A stretch of 61,491 bases of DNA from the IMG/VR virus record IMGVR_UViG_3300040770_000247, positions 1 through 61,491 of that record; one strand, given 5' to 3'. A program made the translations under genes and the position numbers. This DNA comes from a virus (lineage: Duplodnaviria; Caudoviricetes). Shown in pieces: positions 58,595-61,491 of this stretch. The first letter of the stretch is position 1, and every line of letters starts with the position of its first letter. The notes under the pieces are model-generated. The model worked only from the letters and a program-made list of their open reading frames with translations, ran no database searches and had not been told where the DNA came from.

Positions 58595-58854
58595 GCAGTA
58601 TCGAGTACCTGTATTGGTACGAGGGTGATGAGCTCAAACACTTTGTAGGTACGTTCAGGGAAATCGCTTTTACCTGCGCAGAAAACAAAGCAGCGGTTTA
58701 CTTCTGCTACTCCATCCACATGCAATTCATCCTTCCGTGGTACCGCCTTGGCCCAGGCTTCCGAGTAACAGAAACCATTAAACGGTTGGAGGATGTACCT
58801 CCCGACATACGTGCCCTGCACCTACTCATCTACCGAGGTGACTATGGAGAATAG
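58591..58854 (+). CDS. Small protein, shared C-terminal motif family
   Basis: VPPDIRALHLL. Confidence 0.7.
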   Translation: MSSIEYLYWYEGDELKHFVGTFREIAFTCAENKAAVYFCYSIHMQFILPWYRLGPGFRVTETIKRLEDVPPDIRALHLLIYRGDYGE

Positions 58855-58856
58855 CC

Positions 58857-59066
58857 ATGTACCGCGTCTATAAGAACGATGAGCTGTACCTTGAGAATAC
58901 GTACTACCCCTCCACAAAAGGGGAGTGCTACGTCTACAGCGCTCAAAATAATTGGTGGACATACCAACCGCCTAGCAGTGCTGTCGCAAGACTAATACCT
59001 GCATACGATGTGCCTGCCGTGTACCGGGCAATAAACCTACTTCTCTGCCAAGGAGATACCAAATAA
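58857..59066 (+). CDS. Small protein, shared C-terminal motif family
   Basis: VPAVYRAINLLL. Confidence 0.7.
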   Translation: MYRVYKNDELYLENTYYPSTKGECYVYSAQNNWWTYQPPSSAVARLIPAYDVPAVYRAINLLLCQGDTK

Positions 59067-59080
59067 CCAATAGGTGAACC

Positions 59081-59302
59081 ATGCCCATCTACCTGTTTGA
59101 ACCAGATAAGCCTATGCGTCCGGTTCAGCGACTGCCTAACAAGAGTGCCATTGCTAAAAGCTACGCCTATATAGTGTTCTTGCCCACTGGCGTAACAACC
59201 TTCTGTGTGTTCTCCCCTAGCTCAGAGGGCTGGCTGGAAATCAAGCCTGAAGGTGTTCCACCTGAATACCGGGCTATGGCCCTGCTGATCCCTACCTCCT
59301 AA
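59081..59302 (+). CDS. Small protein, shared C-terminal motif family
   Basis: VPPEYRAMALL. Confidence 0.7.
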   Translation: MPIYLFEPDKPMRPVQRLPNKSAIAKSYAYIVFLPTGVTTFCVFSPSSEGWLEIKPEGVPPEYRAMALLIPTS

Positions 59303-59314
59303 GGAATAACCCAC

Positions 59315-60550
59315 ATGAATACCTATACCGGATTTCAGTATCTGTTGATTGACTGCGCCAACGCATTTGATCTGGACAAGCTCCTGTTTGAACAGCGTAT
59401 CGAGTGGGCTACCAGCAACCTTGATCGTTTGGAAGACATCGTTGACCAGGCTACCGTAAAGCCGCTATTCATCAAGGCCACCCAGGCCATCCGTAAAGCT
59501 CAGAACCATCAGCCTACTGGTCACCTTGTGGCCATGGATGCTGTGTGCTCAGGCATGCAGATCATGAGTGCTATCACCGGCTGTGTCAGTGGTGCTACTG
59601 CCACTGGCATGGTTGACCCAGAACGCCGTGCTGATGCCTACACCGAAACCACTGGTGTAATGGCCGGTATCTTGGGTGAAGCGGTTGAAGTGCCGCGTGC
59701 TGATGTAAAGCAGTCTGTTATGACGGTTCTTTATGGAAGCAAGGCTGAGCCTAAGGCCATCTTTGGCGAAGATACACCTGCACTGGCTGCGTTCTATCAA
59801 GCCATGCAGATCATCGCACCAGGAGCCTGTGAGCTGCTTCAGGACCTACTGGACAGCTGGCAGTCCTTTGCCTTGAACCATGAATGGCAACTGCCTGATG
59901 GCTTCAATGCCAAGGTCAAGGTCATGCAGATGAACGAGTGCCGTATCGAGGTGGATGAACTGGATCATGCGTCTATGACGTACCAGTACTACACCAACGA
60001 AGGCAGTGAGAAAGGTCTCAGCAATGTGGCCAATGTCATCCACTCGATCGATGGATTCATCCTGCGTGAAATGACCCGTCGCTGTAACCACCACAACAGC
60101 ACCACCGTGATTGCTGATGGTGTGTTTGAAACTGAGCTGCTGGCCCGTAGCTTGGGTGAGATGCGCAAGTTCAGTGACAACGAAGATGTGCAGTACTACG
60201 TCGACCTGTATGAAGCCAGTGGTATGGCTTCAGTGGTCATCCTGCCGCACCTGAATGCACAGAACGTGAGCCAGCTATCTGACGCTCACCTACGTGCACT
60301 CAAGGCACTGACCAACACCATGCAGGCTTACAAGCCTTTCCCTCTGGTGACTATCCACGACTCGTTTGCAGCACACGCTAACAACGTCAACTGGGTACGC
60401 CATTGGTACAAGGAGATCCTGGCTGAACTCGCAGACTCAGTGATTCTGGATCATGTATTGAGCCAGATCCATGGCATGCCAGGCCACTTCACTAAGCTGA
60501 GCAACAACCTGTCTCAGTTGATCCGCAACTCAAACTACGCCCTCAGTTAA
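59315..60550 (+). CDS. RNA polymerase II subunit 2 (N4 gp16-like)
   Basis: MDAVCSGMQ (motif A), RADVKQSVMTVLYGS (motif B), ANVIHSIDG, TIHDSF (motif C). Confidence 0.95.
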   Translation: MNTYTGFQYLLIDCANAFDLDKLLFEQRIEWATSNLDRLEDIVDQATVKPLFIKATQAIRKAQNHQPTGHLVAMDAVCSGMQIMSAITGCVSGATATGMVDPERRADAYTETTGVMAGILGEAVEVPRADVKQSVMTVLYGSKAEPKAIFGEDTPALAAFYQAMQIIAPGACELLQDLLDSWQSFALNHEWQLPDGFNAKVKVMQMNECRIEVDELDHASMTYQYYTNEGSEKGLSNVANVIHSIDGFILREMTRRCNHHNSTTVIADGVFETELLARSLGEMRKFSDNEDVQYYVDLYEASGMASVVILPHLNAQNVSQLSDAHLRALKALTNTMQAYKPFPLVTIHDSFAAHANNVNWVRHWYKEILAELADSVILDHVLSQIHGMPGHFTKLSNNLSQLIRNSNYALS

Positions 60551-60587
60551 ACAGGTGCCCTCCGGGCACTAAGTGAATTGGGACCTT

Positions 60588-60620
60588 GCCTCACTCCTTC
60601 GGGAGTGGGGCTTTATTTTG
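60588..60620 (+). terminator. Rho-independent terminator
   Basis: GCCTCACTCC-TTCG-GGAGTGGGGC-TTTATTTT. Confidence 0.75.
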
Positions 60621-60656
60621 TCTCAGCCATCTTCAGTTGATAGAGCAGAGACAGTC

Positions 60657-60893
60657 ATGGGTGCATCACACTTATTCAGAGGAGATGAACTGATCTATTC
60701 CCACTACGAGTGGGGTGCTGGAGATGCCAGTCGATTGGCTGAAGATGGGGATATTCTCCTTTATGGCTACTTCACTGAAGGACAGTTATACCGCTGTCAT
60801 GGCTGCTGGGGTGACCCCTTGGAGAATCCAGAACTACTTAAGCACTACCAACTACTGGCCTTGTTACAGGCACACCCTGGAGGACAGTCATGA
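60657..60893 (+). CDS. Small protein, shared motif family (divergent member)
   Basis: HLFRGDEL start; LLKHYQLLALL end. Confidence 0.6.
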   Translation: MGASHLFRGDELIYSHYEWGAGDASRLAEDGDILLYGYFTEGQLYRCHGCWGDPLENPELLKHYQLLALLQAHPGGQS

Positions 60894-61129
60894 TCAGTCG
60901 CTATCTATTCCGTGATGGGGTGTTGTCATACAAAGGGACTTCTTTAAGTACTTTTGATGGAGTCTCTGCAATAGGCGACTTCATGCTTTGTATTCAACAT
61001 CCCATTGTGGGCACCAAACACAATTGGGTAGCTTTTCGCATGGTCTTTTTTGATCCGGGGTTCGGTTGGCACCCACAACCTGAGTCAGTCACCCAAGAAC
61101 TCCGCGCACTACTCCTCCTGCAGCAATAG
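60890..61129 (+). CDS. Small protein, shared C-terminal motif family
   Basis: YLFRDGVL start; VTQELRALLLL end. Confidence 0.7.
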   Translation: MISRYLFRDGVLSYKGTSLSTFDGVSAIGDFMLCIQHPIVGTKHNWVAFRMVFFDPGFGWHPQPESVTQELRALLLLQQ

Positions 61130-61240
61130 AAGTTCTTCAGACTTCTATAGAACTTCTCCAAAACTTCTTACCGATATACTAACTGCACGAAATTCGTGCA
61201 TTCCTACTATATAAACCCGATACATTAAGTGAGTTTACCT

Positions 61241-61491
61241 ATGTCCGTAGAATGCCTGTCTTACACGCAAAAACTTGAGGTCTCTGCTCTGTATAAGCAG
61301 GACTTCTACACCCAGGAAATACTGGGAGGTCTGTACAACGTATCGACTACCAGCATCAACAAGGCACTTCAAGAGATGGGCGTTACTAAACCCCGCTTCA
61401 AGTTGTCGCCTCAGCAAGCTGAGATCCTGCACTTTGTTCGTCAGAACAAACTGACCCTGAACAAACTGCAAGTACTGTGTGCTAACCAGAC
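61241..61491 (+). CDS. Putative HTH DNA-binding protein, 3'-truncated (not in ORF track)
   Basis: MSVECLSYTQK...YTQEILGGLYNVSTTSINKALQEMG HTH pattern; open to window end. Confidence 0.6.
   Translation, partial: MSVECLSYTQKLEVSALYKQDFYTQEILGGLYNVSTTSINKALQEMGVTKPRFKLSPQQAEILHFVRQNKLTLNKLQVLCANQ

Larger units (their letters stand above)
1..61491. mobile_element. N4-like (Schitoviridae) bacteriophage genome, partial and circularly permuted, integrase-encoding
   Basis: Virion RNAP, RNAP II subunits, N4-type capsid/portal/terminase and primase/AAA/SSB block in N4 gene order; no host housekeeping genes. Confidence 0.97.

Overview
The window is most of the genome of an N4-like phage (Schitoviridae), circularly permuted. 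Hallmarks are the 3708-aa virion RNA polymerase, the two-subunit RNAP II, the N4 gp42-45 replication block, the gp51-59 virion block and the terminase pair. The natural genome ends probably lie near 53.9-54.4 kb. DNA polymerase and helicase are not in the window and likely fall in the missing arc between base 61491 and base 1. Unusually for this normally lytic group, it carries a P4-type tyrosine integrase, an AlpA-type excisionase and an intact attP containing the 3' end of a gammaproteobacterial tRNA-Leu. The most striking unexplained structures are: (1) a TipJ/DUF1983-like tail gene ending at an A_AAA_AAG slippery site plus hairpin, whose -1 frame fuses it to the first of three tandem paralogous tip modules, suggesting a frameshift-built heterotrimeric tail tip; (2) seven divergent small early proteins sharing a C-terminal V-P-x-E-x-R-A-x-x-L-L helix; (3) five hairpin vRNAP promoters with a GTA template loop, one driving an ORF-less structured RNA; (4) a hairpin occluding the vRNAP ribosome-binding site; (5) a serum-amyloid-A/Wnt-like helical protein; and (6) an origin-like intergenic region. 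Family assignments come from motif recognition by eye, not from database searches.
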